Below are positions 29,538-40,943 of a stretch of 61,666 nucleotides of DNA, piece after piece. The stretch lies in IMG/VR virus record IMGVR_UViG_3300025133_000106, one strand, 5' to 3'. The notes beneath the pieces were generated by a model, which saw only the letters and a program-made list of their open reading frames with translations, had not been told where the DNA came from and searched no databases. How positions within the stretch are numbered: the stretch's first letter is position 1; each line of letters starts with the position of its first letter. This DNA is from a virus. Position numbers and translations under genes: made by a program.

Positions 29538-30371
29538 ATGGCATTTAGCTCTCCACAATTAGTTACGTCATCCGCACGAGTCGATGAATGCGTTATCACT
29601 CGAGCCGGGAATGACTCATTTATTTTTGCGTCAAAAAACCACAAAGGTTCTCCCCTGCGTGAGATGGAGATTTATACCGTCGCAGATGTTAAGCGGTCGC
29701 TCACTGGCCCAAATTTCTTTAACGTAAAAGCAACAGTAATTGAGTTACTTCATGAAGTATTCAGGTTCATTTCCGCGATAACAATATCATCTCAGTCAGA
29801 AATTGATGCCGGTGGCGATCCGATTATTAGATTTTATTGGAACAGCATCGCTGGTAGAAATACTGACGTTGATACCATCCTGACTATTGATTATAATACT
29901 GTAACAAAAACAGCATCAAGTAAGACAGAGCTGCCTTTTAAAGGGCTAGATCCTTTTATCATCGATGCAAGAACTGGAGCAGCGCCAAATCGGCTGTATC
30001 TTGCGTATATTGACGATTCAAATAGACAGGTTTTAAGAGAAACCCTAGATTTAGGTATAACATGGTCAACTGGATGCGCGCATGATCAAGATGTAAAGTA
30101 CGTAGAGGGAATTCTGCTAGATGAGCAAGATAAAAAAGAGCTAGTCAGAGTTATGCAATTGCAGTCCCAGCAAATCACAAGCAGTTTAGTCGGAGATGCA
30201 TTCATAAATGATTTTACTACAGCCGCCGTGCCATTAAGTAGAACAAAAAAACTATACCCATTTAAAAGAAGACCACCAAGACTTGACGCTCGGGGTAAAG
30301 ATTTAAATAGGTTTCGTGAAATGTACCCATTAGTTAGAAGAATTACAGCATCAGGTAGGAGCCCGTGTTAA
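29538..30371 (+). CDS. hypothetical protein
   Basis: 277-aa ORF. Confidence 0.5.
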   Translation: MAFSSPQLVTSSARVDECVITRAGNDSFIFASKNHKGSPLREMEIYTVADVKRSLTGPNFFNVKATVIELLHEVFRFISAITISSQSEIDAGGDPIIRFYWNSIAGRNTDVDTILTIDYNTVTKTASSKTELPFKGLDPFIIDARTGAAPNRLYLAYIDDSNRQVLRETLDLGITWSTGCAHDQDVKYVEGILLDEQDKKELVRVMQLQSQQITSSLVGDAFINDFTTAAVPLSRTKKLYPFKRRPPRLDARGKDLNRFREMYPLVRRITASGRSPC

Positions 30372-30375
30372 TATT

Positions 30376-30792
30376 ATGAGTGATATTTTAAAGAAATTTA
30401 TCAACGAAGAGTTGGTCTGGAATTATAAAATGAGGGGACCAAAAACGAACAATCAGGGTGATGTTAGAGCAGAAATAGAAGATGTCAGATCTTCAACTTT
30501 TGACTCGGCGAAAACAGATTTTGCTGCTGGCATTGAAAAACTTAACCATGATATCACTGTCGCAACAGACAAAACTGAACTTGAGGATATTTTTGGGCGG
30601 TGGGGAATTGATGCTTATGACATTGTGCATGATACCACTGAGTTTGATAGAGCTGCTGACGAAGAGAATCTCGAAGAAATGAAAAGAATGATTATGCAAG
30701 GTTTGGGGAAGTGGGTCAAAGAAAAGACTGAGGGATTAGCGGGTGATGGATTCAACTACGCATCGCTGCAAGATCTTGTGTATAAAGGATAG
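30376..30792 (+). CDS. hypothetical protein
   Basis: 138-aa ORF. Confidence 0.5.
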   Translation: MSDILKKFINEELVWNYKMRGPKTNNQGDVRAEIEDVRSSTFDSAKTDFAAGIEKLNHDITVATDKTELEDIFGRWGIDAYDIVHDTTEFDRAADEENLEEMKRMIMQGLGKWVKEKTEGLAGDGFNYASLQDLVYKG

Positions 30793-30825
30793 TGTATTAA
30801 AATTTCCTGTGTGATATAATACATT

Positions 30826-31164
30826 ATGGCAAAATGGAAAGTTGCAATTTTAGATGACGGGCAAGTTGTACATGGGGCAGCGAAAAATGCATCAAGTGCA
30901 TATAATCATAAGTCGAGACGTGATGAACCTGTAACATGGAAAGAGAACTTCGAGTTCGATGCGACAATGAAGATTATTTCCTACTCGAAGGGCAGATCCT
31001 CAGTAGGTTTTACTTTAGAAGATCTAAGAGGAAACTATTATCACATGTTTTTGGTTGACTTCTATACTCTTGTGACTGAATCCTATTTAAAGCGGGGCGA
31101 AGTCACCGCTAAATGGACGTTTTGTAAACGTGGTGCTGCCATTGGCCTAAAGCTAGCTGATTAA
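30826..31164 (+). CDS. hypothetical protein
   Basis: 112-aa ORF. Confidence 0.45.
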   Translation: MAKWKVAILDDGQVVHGAAKNASSAYNHKSRRDEPVTWKENFEFDATMKIISYSKGRSSVGFTLEDLRGNYYHMFLVDFYTLVTESYLKRGEVTAKWTFCKRGAAIGLKLAD

Positions 31165-31216
31165 AACTTCAATACATAAGAGTGTAAAAATGTTTTCTTT
31201 CGAATTATAATAATTT

Positions 31217-32041
31217 ATGGGAAAACGAGTTTTAATTTTAGACGGCTATAACCTCATTCACCGCGCCCGCAGCGGATACTCAAAAGGCAATTGGCCTATT
31301 TGTTTTAACTTCTTTCGGGGCTTAAGACCCATCATTGAGAAACATAAACCTGACGTTTGTTACCTAACAAGTGAAGGTGTTCCTGTAAAGCGTTTAGAAA
31401 TCTTTGAAGAATATAAAGGAACACGTGTTCCTATGGAAAGTGAAGAATATGACTCTTTTTCTCGCCAGAAAGATGAAATCTTTAGCATATTACGTGATTT
31501 CCCTATTACAGTTTTAAGGCATCCCAATTACGAGGGAGATGATATAGTATCAAACATCATTAGCAGACTACATCCGAATGATGACGTAACCGTCGTGTCG
31601 AATGACACAGACTTCATCCAGCTGTTGCAACTGTATAATAACGTTACTTTATGGAATCCCATGAAAAAAGAGTTTGTTTCGGCTCCTACATATGATTATG
31701 TTAAGTGGAAAGCGCTTGTGGGCGACGGGTCGGATAATATCCCAGGTGTTTTTGGGATAGGTTCTAAGACAGCGCAAGCAATGTTAAATAATCCTATCCT
31801 CTTTGATCAGAAGTTGTCTAGAAAAGAAGCCCGTGAACTCTATGAGCTTTGTAAGACCTTAATCAGGTTTCATATTTTACCTGATGAAGAATGGGCGGAA
31901 ATTGAAACAACTAAAGGCCATGCTTCTTGGGATGTTGTCAAAGCAAAATTCGTAGGATTCGAATTTAACTCAATGACCAAAGACTCAACTTGGGCTAAGT
32001 ACACAAAAACGTTCGGTAACTTACAACATAATTCAATTTAG
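31217..32041 (+). CDS. 5'-3' exonuclease / flap endonuclease (PIN-like, RNase H-type)
   Basis: N-terminus KRVLILDGYNLIHRA matches the FEN/53EXO signature; acidic clusters DDIVSN and NDTDFIQL. Confidence 0.7.
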   Translation: MGKRVLILDGYNLIHRARSGYSKGNWPICFNFFRGLRPIIEKHKPDVCYLTSEGVPVKRLEIFEEYKGTRVPMESEEYDSFSRQKDEIFSILRDFPITVLRHPNYEGDDIVSNIISRLHPNDDVTVVSNDTDFIQLLQLYNNVTLWNPMKKEFVSAPTYDYVKWKALVGDGSDNIPGVFGIGSKTAQAMLNNPILFDQKLSRKEARELYELCKTLIRFHILPDEEWAEIETTKGHASWDVVKAKFVGFEFNSMTKDSTWAKYTKTFGNLQHNSI

Positions 32042-32234
32042 ACATGATACAAACACGCATATTTATGTATTATAGTTTGTAACATGAAACTAACAAATAA
32101 AGATTTAGAAACTTTAAAGAAAAAAGGTTTTTTGAACGGCGATGAGATTGCTATTAGAGAAGGTAATATCATCATTGCTGAAAATGTTTTGACAAAAGTC
32201 AGACGAATATTGGATGTCGGTGGGCTTCTTTTAG

Positions 32235-33902
<1,668 letters not shown>

Positions 33903-33915
33903 ATACTTAATAAGT

Positions 33916-34581
33916 ATGAACCTTTTAGAAGCGTTTAAAACAAAGAGCGCAGGCATTGTACTTATTAAGTTTTTGAAAAACAAGCCTCATGTGCTATGCT
34001 TAAAAACGCACGATGGAAGGTGGGACTTACCCAAGGGGAAAATTGACCCTGGAGAAGATGCATTTGGTGCAGCAGCCCGAGAAACACAAGAAGAAGCTGG
34101 CATTTCTAATGTAAAATTTCCGTGGGGTATGATAAGTCATAATGGCACAAAGACTATATTGTTCATTGGTGTTACTATACAGCCTGCAAAAATATCAAAG
34201 AATCCACATACAAAGAAATACGAGCACGCTTCTTCAAAGTGGATTTCTATTTCTTCGGCTAAGAATATTGCGATTCCACACCTACGACCTGGATTAGCTT
34301 GGGCTGAGTCTGTTATTACTACTAGTTCTGCAGCACAGAAACAACGGCGACGTCATGGTTTACGAGAATCAGTTAGCAAAGCGGTCAATATGACTGCTGC
34401 TTATGCCAATGATCTTAAATTAGCTCTTAATTGGTTAACACTTAATAATGCTGCAACATTTAGTGATGAAGTAACAAAAAAGGGCGATAGCTACTTGTCT
34501 GTGATTCATCCTCTTATTGAAAAGGGCGAATTGGAGCTATTAATAAAAGACCGATTCGGCTCTTTTGTGCATATAAATTAA
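33916..34581 (+). CDS. Nudix hydrolase
   Basis: Nudix box GKIDPGEDAFGAAARETQEEAGIS. Confidence 0.65.
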   Translation: MNLLEAFKTKSAGIVLIKFLKNKPHVLCLKTHDGRWDLPKGKIDPGEDAFGAAARETQEEAGISNVKFPWGMISHNGTKTILFIGVTIQPAKISKNPHTKKYEHASSKWISISSAKNIAIPHLRPGLAWAESVITTSSAAQKQRRRHGLRESVSKAVNMTAAYANDLKLALNWLTLNNAATFSDEVTKKGDSYLSVIHPLIEKGELELLIKDRFGSFVHIN

Positions 34582-34622
34582 CCAAATCAATAAGGCTTAC
34601 TACTTATTATCAGGATATATTA

Positions 34623-34904
34623 GTGCGTTATAAAATACTAACAATCGTCTTGCTTGTCTTACCTATAGTCTCATGTGACAAAGGACACCCGGAGTCGGAA
34701 GCGTTGAACCAGATTAATATTGCACAAACATACCAATATACTCAGGAACATAAAAATAGTTACGTGATGGCAAGAAGAACACTCCAAATTGATGTGCCAC
34801 AAACAGCTAATGCCACACAGCATGCTCGCAGCCAAACAAAAGAGATTTTAAAGGAAATAGAGGAAATAGAGGAAATACTAGATGCCCAAGATGACGTCCT
34901 ATAA
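34623..34904 (+). CDS. small lipoprotein
   Basis: Signal peptide + lipobox LPIVSC. Confidence 0.45.
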   Translation: MRYKILTIVLLVLPIVSCDKGHPESEALNQINIAQTYQYTQEHKNSYVMARRTLQIDVPQTANATQHARSQTKEILKEIEEIEEILDAQDDVL

Positions 34905-35166
34905 TACACTAACGCTCTTTAAGAATTTCGGGAGCTGGATAGTTGCGATAGTAATAGCAACTGGTGGTGCCATTGCTTATGTTAATGATATGGGCGCCAA
35001 GAATTATCTTTCTAGAGAAGACGGGCGAGTCCTTGAAGCACGAATCGCTAATTTGGAAAAAGACGTTGCTAAGCAAGACGAAAAATTAGAAAGAATTGTT
35101 GAACAAAACATCATAATAATTGGAAAATTAGGCGAAATAAAGGGTAAAATTAGTGCTCGTCGCTAG
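34882..35166 (+). CDS. membrane protein with N-terminal TM and coiled coil
   Basis: TM WIVAIVIATGGAIAYV, then heptad-like LEARIANLEKDVAKQDEKLERIV; overlaps the lipoprotein gene by 23 nt. Confidence 0.45.
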   Translation: MPKMTSYNTLTLFKNFGSWIVAIVIATGGAIAYVNDMGAKNYLSREDGRVLEARIANLEKDVAKQDEKLERIVEQNIIIIGKLGEIKGKISARR

Positions 35167-35582
35167 TGTACTATGTTAACATATAGTAATAATATTATTA
35201 GGACACAATATGAGTAATTATACACCAGCATGGTTAATTGATGCATTAAGCAAACTTCGCGAAGAGCAGAAAGAGCAACCACAACGGTTATATATACAAA
35301 TTCCATTACCCTGTGATGATGAACCTATAGAAGATAGAACACCAGAAGAATCTAAAATTATTAGGATCGAATTATGATTATTTATCCAGCGATGATTATA
35401 TATTGTATCCTTTCTGCTATATCATTTGGCATTGGGCAATTTGGTACAGGCAGTTTTTTCCTAGCTCTTACAGTTGTCCTAGCTACCGTAGTTTCAATGC
35501 TTAGGAAAAAAACAGAGCAATCAACAGAAGATACACACAGTTAATTAACGTATAGGTACTTTTCGTATATACGTTAGTATAT

Positions 35583-37448
35583 ATGAAGTTGAAATATATA
35601 CTTTTATCTATCTCCCTGCTTTTTATTGCTGCATGTGAAGATGATAACTTATCGAGAGTATGTCAGTCCCCACGCCCGTGTATAATAAATAACGGAAAAA
35701 TAATAACAGATAATCTTAAAGATTCTATTGGCACTTGCCAAAAGGGGATTACTTCATGCGATGCTAAAAATGAAATGGCATTTTGTGAAGGGTTCATCGG
35801 ACAAGTTAATGAAATCTGTGATGGTTTGGACAATGACTGCGATGGTTTAGTTGACGAAGGACATGATGGTGATGGTGATGGCTACAACTCTTGTGATAAC
35901 GATTGTAACGACAATATAGCCGAAATAAACCCAGGCGGGATAGAAATCTGCGATGGTTTTGATAATGACTGTAATGGTGTAATTGACAATTATTCACGGG
36001 ATTGCTGGACTGGTCCAGCTGTCGACAGTTATATTAGCCCTAGCGTTTGCAGAACTGGAAAACAAAGGTGTACTCATGGTGTGTGGGGACAATGTACAGG
36101 CGTTATTTTGCCGACACCAGAAACTTGCGATGGTTTTGATAATAATTGTGATGGTATTACTGACGAAGAAATTTTAGATTCATGCGGCCCGTCAAGTGAA
36201 GTTGGTTTGTGTCAACTTGGCACTCAAATATGTACATCAGAAGAAACATATTGCGTTGGTGCTGTACACCCTTCGCCTGAAATTTGCGATGGTTTTGATA
36301 ATGACTGTAATGGTGCAATTGATGAAGGGCTTGAGAGGTTATGCAGAACCTCATGTGAAAGTGGTATAGAAAGTTGCAACGTGGGCAACTGGATAGGGTG
36401 TAATGCTAGAAAACCAGTACGAGAAATATGTGATGGTTTTGATAATGACTGTGATGGGATAATCGATGAAGATTGTGCATGTACAGTCGGTGACGCTAGA
36501 GTATGCCGACAAAATGTCTTAGATCACGCTACGGGAGAGCTTATCAATTGCGGTACCGGCATTTCAATATGCGATTCTAATGGTGTATGGGGTACATGTT
36601 ATTCTTTTGCTACCGAGCCCGAAGTGTGTAATAACTGGGATGATGATTGCGACGGCACAATCGATGAGTTAACAGACGCATGCGGAGATCCTGCTACGGC
36701 TGGTATCGGACAATGCGTTTTAGGCGAGAGAACATGCACTTCAGGCATTTGGTCAAGCTGCATTGGACCAGTTTATCCTGAGCAAGAATCTTGTGATGGG
36801 GTTGACAATGACTGTGATGGGCTCATCGATGAGGATCTTACACCACATGATAAGGTAGATATAATTTTTGTGATAGATGGCTCAGGTTCAATGACACAAG
36901 CTATGTTCGCTCTGCAAGCAGGGATAAGTAATTATGTTGCAGACTTTCAAGGGACAGAACATAGGTTTGGTTTAGTTGTATTTCCTGGTAGAAGAGATAA
37001 TTATAATGTACTAGTAAATCTCGTTGATTTTACTGTATTTTCTGCAGCATTGAACAATCTTACCGCATCATATCCAGGTGTAGAGCCTTCATACGATGTA
37101 GTTCATGATTTAGCGAACAGCACAAATCCAGCACTTATCAATTGGAGAGAATCTACTGTAACATCAACAGGGGCATACCCTTACATCATTCTTATTACAG
37201 ACGAAGCAGCCCAGACAGTTGCTGGGTTCAATGAAAGTGATGTAGCGCTAAATACGAGCAACTGTGGTGTAGGTATATGCACACCAGGGGATGCATACGA
37301 AATGTATATAATAACACAAACACAGTTCTTTCTGCAATGGGATTCTATAGTCTTTAATGATGTGGCAAGATTGATAGAACTATATCCTCTAAATGCGTCC
37401 CGATACACAAACATTCTAAGGGGAATTTTTTCAAATGTGTGTAGATAA
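35583..37448 (+). CDS. lipoprotein with ~7 Cys-rich CDGxDNDCDGxxDE (MopE-like metal-binding) repeats and C-terminal VWA domain
   Basis: Lipobox LLFIAAC; repeated CDGFDNDC(D/N)G(I/A/L)IDE; MIDAS-like DIIFVIDGSGSM. Confidence 0.65.
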   Translation: MKLKYILLSISLLFIAACEDDNLSRVCQSPRPCIINNGKIITDNLKDSIGTCQKGITSCDAKNEMAFCEGFIGQVNEICDGLDNDCDGLVDEGHDGDGDGYNSCDNDCNDNIAEINPGGIEICDGFDNDCNGVIDNYSRDCWTGPAVDSYISPSVCRTGKQRCTHGVWGQCTGVILPTPETCDGFDNNCDGITDEEILDSCGPSSEVGLCQLGTQICTSEETYCVGAVHPSPEICDGFDNDCNGAIDEGLERLCRTSCESGIESCNVGNWIGCNARKPVREICDGFDNDCDGIIDEDCACTVGDARVCRQNVLDHATGELINCGTGISICDSNGVWGTCYSFATEPEVCNNWDDDCDGTIDELTDACGDPATAGIGQCVLGERTCTSGIWSSCIGPVYPEQESCDGVDNDCDGLIDEDLTPHDKVDIIFVIDGSGSMTQAMFALQAGISNYVADFQGTEHRFGLVVFPGRRDNYNVLVNLVDFTVFSAALNNLTASYPGVEPSYDVVHDLANSTNPALINWRESTVTSTGAYPYIILITDEAAQTVAGFNESDVALNTSNCGVGICTPGDAYEMYIITQTQFFLQWDSIVFNDVARLIELYPLNASRYTNILRGIFSNVCR

Positions 37449-37686
37449 AACTTTATATGAAATTGGTGATCTTATTGTGATATCATCATTAAATAAAATA
37501 GGAATAATTCTCTCGTTACAAGAGGGTTTTAATTCTGGTAAAACAAACATGACATTTCATAGACGTTATGATGTATGGGCTCATGGACCCTTCTGCAACG
37601 TCTATGTAGATAATAGAATAGAAAAAATATCACGAGAAGATATTCTTTTCTTAAAAAAGGCAAAAAAAGGCGATGGTAAAAAGTAG
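37435..37686 (+). CDS. small paralog family protein (YEIGDLIVI)
   Basis: GDL-motif family. Confidence 0.4.
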   Translation: MCVDKTLYEIGDLIVISSLNKIGIILSLQEGFNSGKTNMTFHRRYDVWAHGPFCNVYVDNRIEKISREDILFLKKAKKGDGKK

Positions 37687-37954
37687 TTTTAGACTTGGCG
37701 ATATGGTTATGACAGTTAAAGATTTAGTTTCACGATCAGACGGGTTTATTTTTGGAAATGATGAAGGAAAGGAAAAACACCCATACGATTGGTTTAAAGG
37801 AGCAGTACCCATCGAGAAGGGCACGTACTTTCTATTTTTAGGTGTCGACGAAGAAAACGGGGATGGTAAAAGAGGTCTCATTAAAAAGATGCCTATGGGT
37901 GAAACTCGTAGCATTGAAGTTATAGACATTGAGTTAGTATCACAACTTGATTGA
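37673..37954 (+). CDS. small paralog family protein (FRLGDMVMTV)
   Basis: GDL-motif family; overlaps the previous ORF by 14 nt. Confidence 0.4.
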   Translation: MVKSSFRLGDMVMTVKDLVSRSDGFIFGNDEGKEKHPYDWFKGAVPIEKGTYFLFLGVDEENGDGKRGLIKKMPMGETRSIEVIDIELVSQLD

Positions 37955-38237
37955 ATTACTAGTTCATCGTAATTTTTAACCTATTACCATCCTAGTGATG
38001 ATATAAAATCATCCAGAAAAGAGCAGGATTAATCTTGCACATGTTCGAGTTGTATATTTTCCATGATATTCAAATTCGCCAAAATAGATACTCAGACGCA
38101 TAATATGGTAGTAGCCATTTAGCGAATTTTTTGCTAATGGATCTCAGGACAAATTTGGACATATGGTTCTAATACAAGCGAGTTAATAAAAGATTACTCA
38201 ATTTAAACTTAAAAACTAAATAGAGAATAATATAACA

Positions 38238-38597
38238 ATGAACAAAAATATAGTTTGCTCCATTGCATTTGGATCATCGTCGGGTGAAGCATATGATTCT
38301 TTACAAGAAGATGATAAAATAGATGGGATTAATTACGTTGATATTTGTAATCCTATGCCTACCGGTGATCATCAAAAAGTAATAAAGTATGCATTGTTAT
38401 ATAAGAAGCGAGGCACATCGGCATTAAGCAAAATCCCTAGTCTGAAGAGGGATTTTGCAAAGAATGCTGCTGGTATCTTTGCAAAAAATGAAGGTATAGT
38501 GATGGAAATTTCTTCTTCTGTCGCTAGAGAATTTAGAGACACAAATGGTTTAAGGAATGAACGTGGCAGGGTGTTTGTTTTTATAAAAGAAATATAA
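38238..38597 (+). CDS. hypothetical protein
   Basis: 119-aa ORF after a 280-bp intergenic gap. Confidence 0.45.
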   Translation: MNKNIVCSIAFGSSSGEAYDSLQEDDKIDGINYVDICNPMPTGDHQKVIKYALLYKKRGTSALSKIPSLKRDFAKNAAGIFAKNEGIVMEISSSVAREFRDTNGLRNERGRVFVFIKEI

Positions 38598-38638
38598 ACG
38601 TGTAAATGCAAAAAATATAATGTTAATATTAACATATC

Positions 38639-39097
38639 GTGTATGGAATAAAAGAACCAAAAGAATTGTTACAAATACAAGCATTAGATGATAATTTGGA
38701 TCTTGTGTCACAATGGGCATTCAACGCGACAAATGACACGTATTCTTACAGACAAACTGCGCTATCGCAAGCGCAGGGTATAAAGCAAACTCAGCTGAGA
38801 ATAGACGCGACATTTACTATACAAGCAACCTTCGAAAAAAGGTTGCTTGAAATAGAAAAAACAGAAGAAATTTATCGTGTTGCATATGACACTCTTGTTT
38901 CTCTTATAGATAAGACTGCAATCTTTGCATATGCAGTTAAAGTAGCACCATATGCAAAGATTGAACTACAAAAATCTACACAGCAAAGATTACAGGCTAA
39001 TATTGAAAAATCAAAGGCTAAGTCAAGAGAAATTTTAAGAAAAAAAGAAGAAAAGCAAAAGCAACAATTAAAGAAAGCACTTTTAAGAAAGGGTTAA
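38639..39097 (+). CDS. coiled-coil hypothetical protein
   Basis: Lys/Glu/Gln-rich C-terminal helix. Confidence 0.45.
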   Translation: MYGIKEPKELLQIQALDDNLDLVSQWAFNATNDTYSYRQTALSQAQGIKQTQLRIDATFTIQATFEKRLLEIEKTEEIYRVAYDTLVSLIDKTAIFAYAVKVAPYAKIELQKSTQQRLQANIEKSKAKSREILRKKEEKQKQQLKKALLRKG

Positions 39098-39115
39098 GCA
39101 GGAAAATTTGAAATA

Positions 39116-39967
39116 GTGGCTAAACAAGATAGTGGTGGCGTAGGATTTTATCTTAAACAGATTGGTAAAAGACCTTTGCTTACAAAAGAACAAGAAATTA
39201 TTCTTTCTCAAAAAATTGAGGGCTTTGAGGATGTTAAATATACAAGAGAGCCTGATGGCGAAATAAGAATAGAATCTTCAAAAGCAATTAGCAAAAGTGA
39301 GAAATCAAGAGCTAAGAATAAGATGATAGAATCTAACTTACGCTTAGTTGTCTCGATAGCAAAAAGGTTCCAAAATAGAGGCTGCAGTCTTGATGACTTA
39401 ATCGCAGCAGGCAATATTGGTTTAATCAGAGCTACTGAGTTATTTGATTGGAGAAAAGGGTTTAGATTCTCAACATATGCAACTTGGTGGATTCGCCAAA
39501 ATATCGGGCGCGAAGTTGCATCACAAAGTAAGCAGATAAAGACCTCTGGTAGGGTTACTGACGTTTACGTTCGAATACAATTGGCACGTGATGAATTCAT
39601 TGAACTGCATGCACAAGAACCTACCTGCGCCGAGCTTGCATCGATAATAGGGGTGACTGAAACGACAGTCCAATCAGCAATTTCAGGTATTCCTTTGCTG
39701 GTATCTATTGATAAGCCCATTGGCTCAGATGGCGCTGACTCAAGAACATTAAAAGATGTAATAGAAGACGTCGACTCAGAATCCCCACTTGATTTAATTA
39801 ATAAAAAAGAACTTACTGCTCTCTTATCTGGGGTTTTAAACTCACTAAACCCTAGAGAAGAAAAGATACTTAGAATGAGATTTGGTTTAACGGAAAATCC
39901 AAAAGATCATAAAAAGTTTCCAATCTCCTCTAAAGAGTTAGAGAAGATGAAGGCTTCATGTGCTTAA
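39116..39967 (+). CDS. sigma-70 family RNA polymerase sigma factor (apparently lacking region 4.2)
   Basis: Region 2 NLRLVVSIAKRF...DLIAAGNIGLIRATELFD...FSTYATWWIRQNI; region 3/4.1 up to ILRMRFGL, then the ORF stops. Confidence 0.75.
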   Translation: MAKQDSGGVGFYLKQIGKRPLLTKEQEIILSQKIEGFEDVKYTREPDGEIRIESSKAISKSEKSRAKNKMIESNLRLVVSIAKRFQNRGCSLDDLIAAGNIGLIRATELFDWRKGFRFSTYATWWIRQNIGREVASQSKQIKTSGRVTDVYVRIQLARDEFIELHAQEPTCAELASIIGVTETTVQSAISGIPLLVSIDKPIGSDGADSRTLKDVIEDVDSESPLDLINKKELTALLSGVLNSLNPREEKILRMRFGLTENPKDHKKFPISSKELEKMKASCA

Positions 39968-40134
39968 TGTTATTTTCGGCGATTTAGCAAAAAAGCTTGC
40001 TGTAAAGGCAGCAGAGACTTTTGTTGTAAAGGTCGCGTTAGACGCAGCAACTGAAACAGTAAAGTTTAGCGTGTCAGTTCTTAAAGAGAAAGGTTATTGG
40101 CCAGAAAACAAAAATAAAGACGAGAAAAAGAAAG

Positions 40135-40416
40135 ATGAAAAATGATAGTACGTATTCAACCATATCAACTTCGCTAAAAGACTGCATGGATTATAGAATG
40201 ATAGCTTTGCATATGACAGCAGCTGGGACTATCATTGGTCACTCTACTGTACGCAATAGCATTCTACGTACGATGGAGAAGTTTGCTATTAAACTTATGA
40301 ACTATTATAATGTAGAGGGCGACGCGTCAAAATTAGCGCAAGACCCGAACTTTCAAAAGTCTATAGCTGAACTTTTGCAAGACACAATGCAAATTGGAGA
40401 ACAAAATGGGAACTAA
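40135..40416 (+). CDS. hypothetical protein
   Basis: 93-aa ORF. Confidence 0.35.
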   Translation: MKNDSTYSTISTSLKDCMDYRMIALHMTAAGTIIGHSTVRNSILRTMEKFAIKLMNYYNVEGDASKLAQDPNFQKSIAELLQDTMQIGEQNGN

Positions 40417-40684
40417 ACTTAATGATTTTCTTTTAAGGAAGAAAATGAGCATAGAGTCGTATATACGTGCAAAAAAATTCGACTCGATATCATCGGCACT
40501 AGCACATTTTCAGAGCGCAAGCCTTGAATTGACACTTATAGAGAAAGCTAAGGTTTCTGCGTATTTTAAAGAGAAGCAGTTACTTCATGAGCCTGCCAAA
40601 CAAACACTAGTTGATGTACTGGTGCAGAAGCCTGTTACAGCCCCGGTAAAAAAGAAAAGGGTTTCACGCAAGAAAAAAGTATAA
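40394..40684 (+). CDS. hypothetical protein with basic C-terminus
   Basis: 96-aa ORF ending KKKRVSRKKKV. Confidence 0.4.
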   Translation: MENKMGTKLNDFLLRKKMSIESYIRAKKFDSISSALAHFQSASLELTLIEKAKVSAYFKEKQLLHEPAKQTLVDVLVQKPVTAPVKKKRVSRKKKV

Positions 40685-40703
40685 TATAATACGTTATTTT
40701 TTT

Positions 40704-40915
40704 GTGTTAATTGCGATTTCATCGTAATACTATAAAAAGGGTGGAGTCAATTAATAAAGAAATTTTTGATAATTCATTGAAAATTAACTGTGTTAATTGA
40801 GACTCTAACGTAATATTATAAAAGGACGGAATGCATATATCATATAACACTTTCAAAATTATTGAAAATTAAATGTGTTATATGTAATTTCGTCGTAATA
40901 AAATAAATCATCCAA
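40704..40915 (+). promoter_or_regulatory. three tandem ~85-bp direct repeats with TATAAAA-type elements upstream of the MoxR gene
   Basis: Repeats start ~40704, ~40790, ~40875: (ttgaaaattaa)NTGTGTTAATTG.GA.T..A.CGTAATAnTATAAAA(A)GG. Confidence 0.6.
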
Positions 40916-40943
40916 CCAAGATGGTTTTTAACAAAGGAAAAAA

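Noticed and set aside
35806-36354. His-rich minus-strand ORFs (HHHHHH) inside the MopE-repeat gene
   Set aside because: They are the antisense reading of repeated GAT/GAC/TGT codons in the Asp/Cys-rich repeats, a compositional artefact.
37955-38237. 283-bp intergenic region considered for an ncRNA or tRNA
   Set aside because: No cloverleaf or strong conserved stem was found, only an imperfect hairpin (ccatttagc ... gctaatgg) with a T-tract. This is insufficient to call an RNA gene, and it may simply hold the promoter and terminator between operons.
39960-40145. GTG-initiated ORF after the sigma gene considered as a frameshifted continuation encoding region 4.2
   Set aside because: Its translation (LNVIFGDLAKKLAVKAAETF...) lacks the r4.2 HTH signature (TRERIRQIE-like), so a simple +1 frameshift does not restore a canonical sigma C-terminus.
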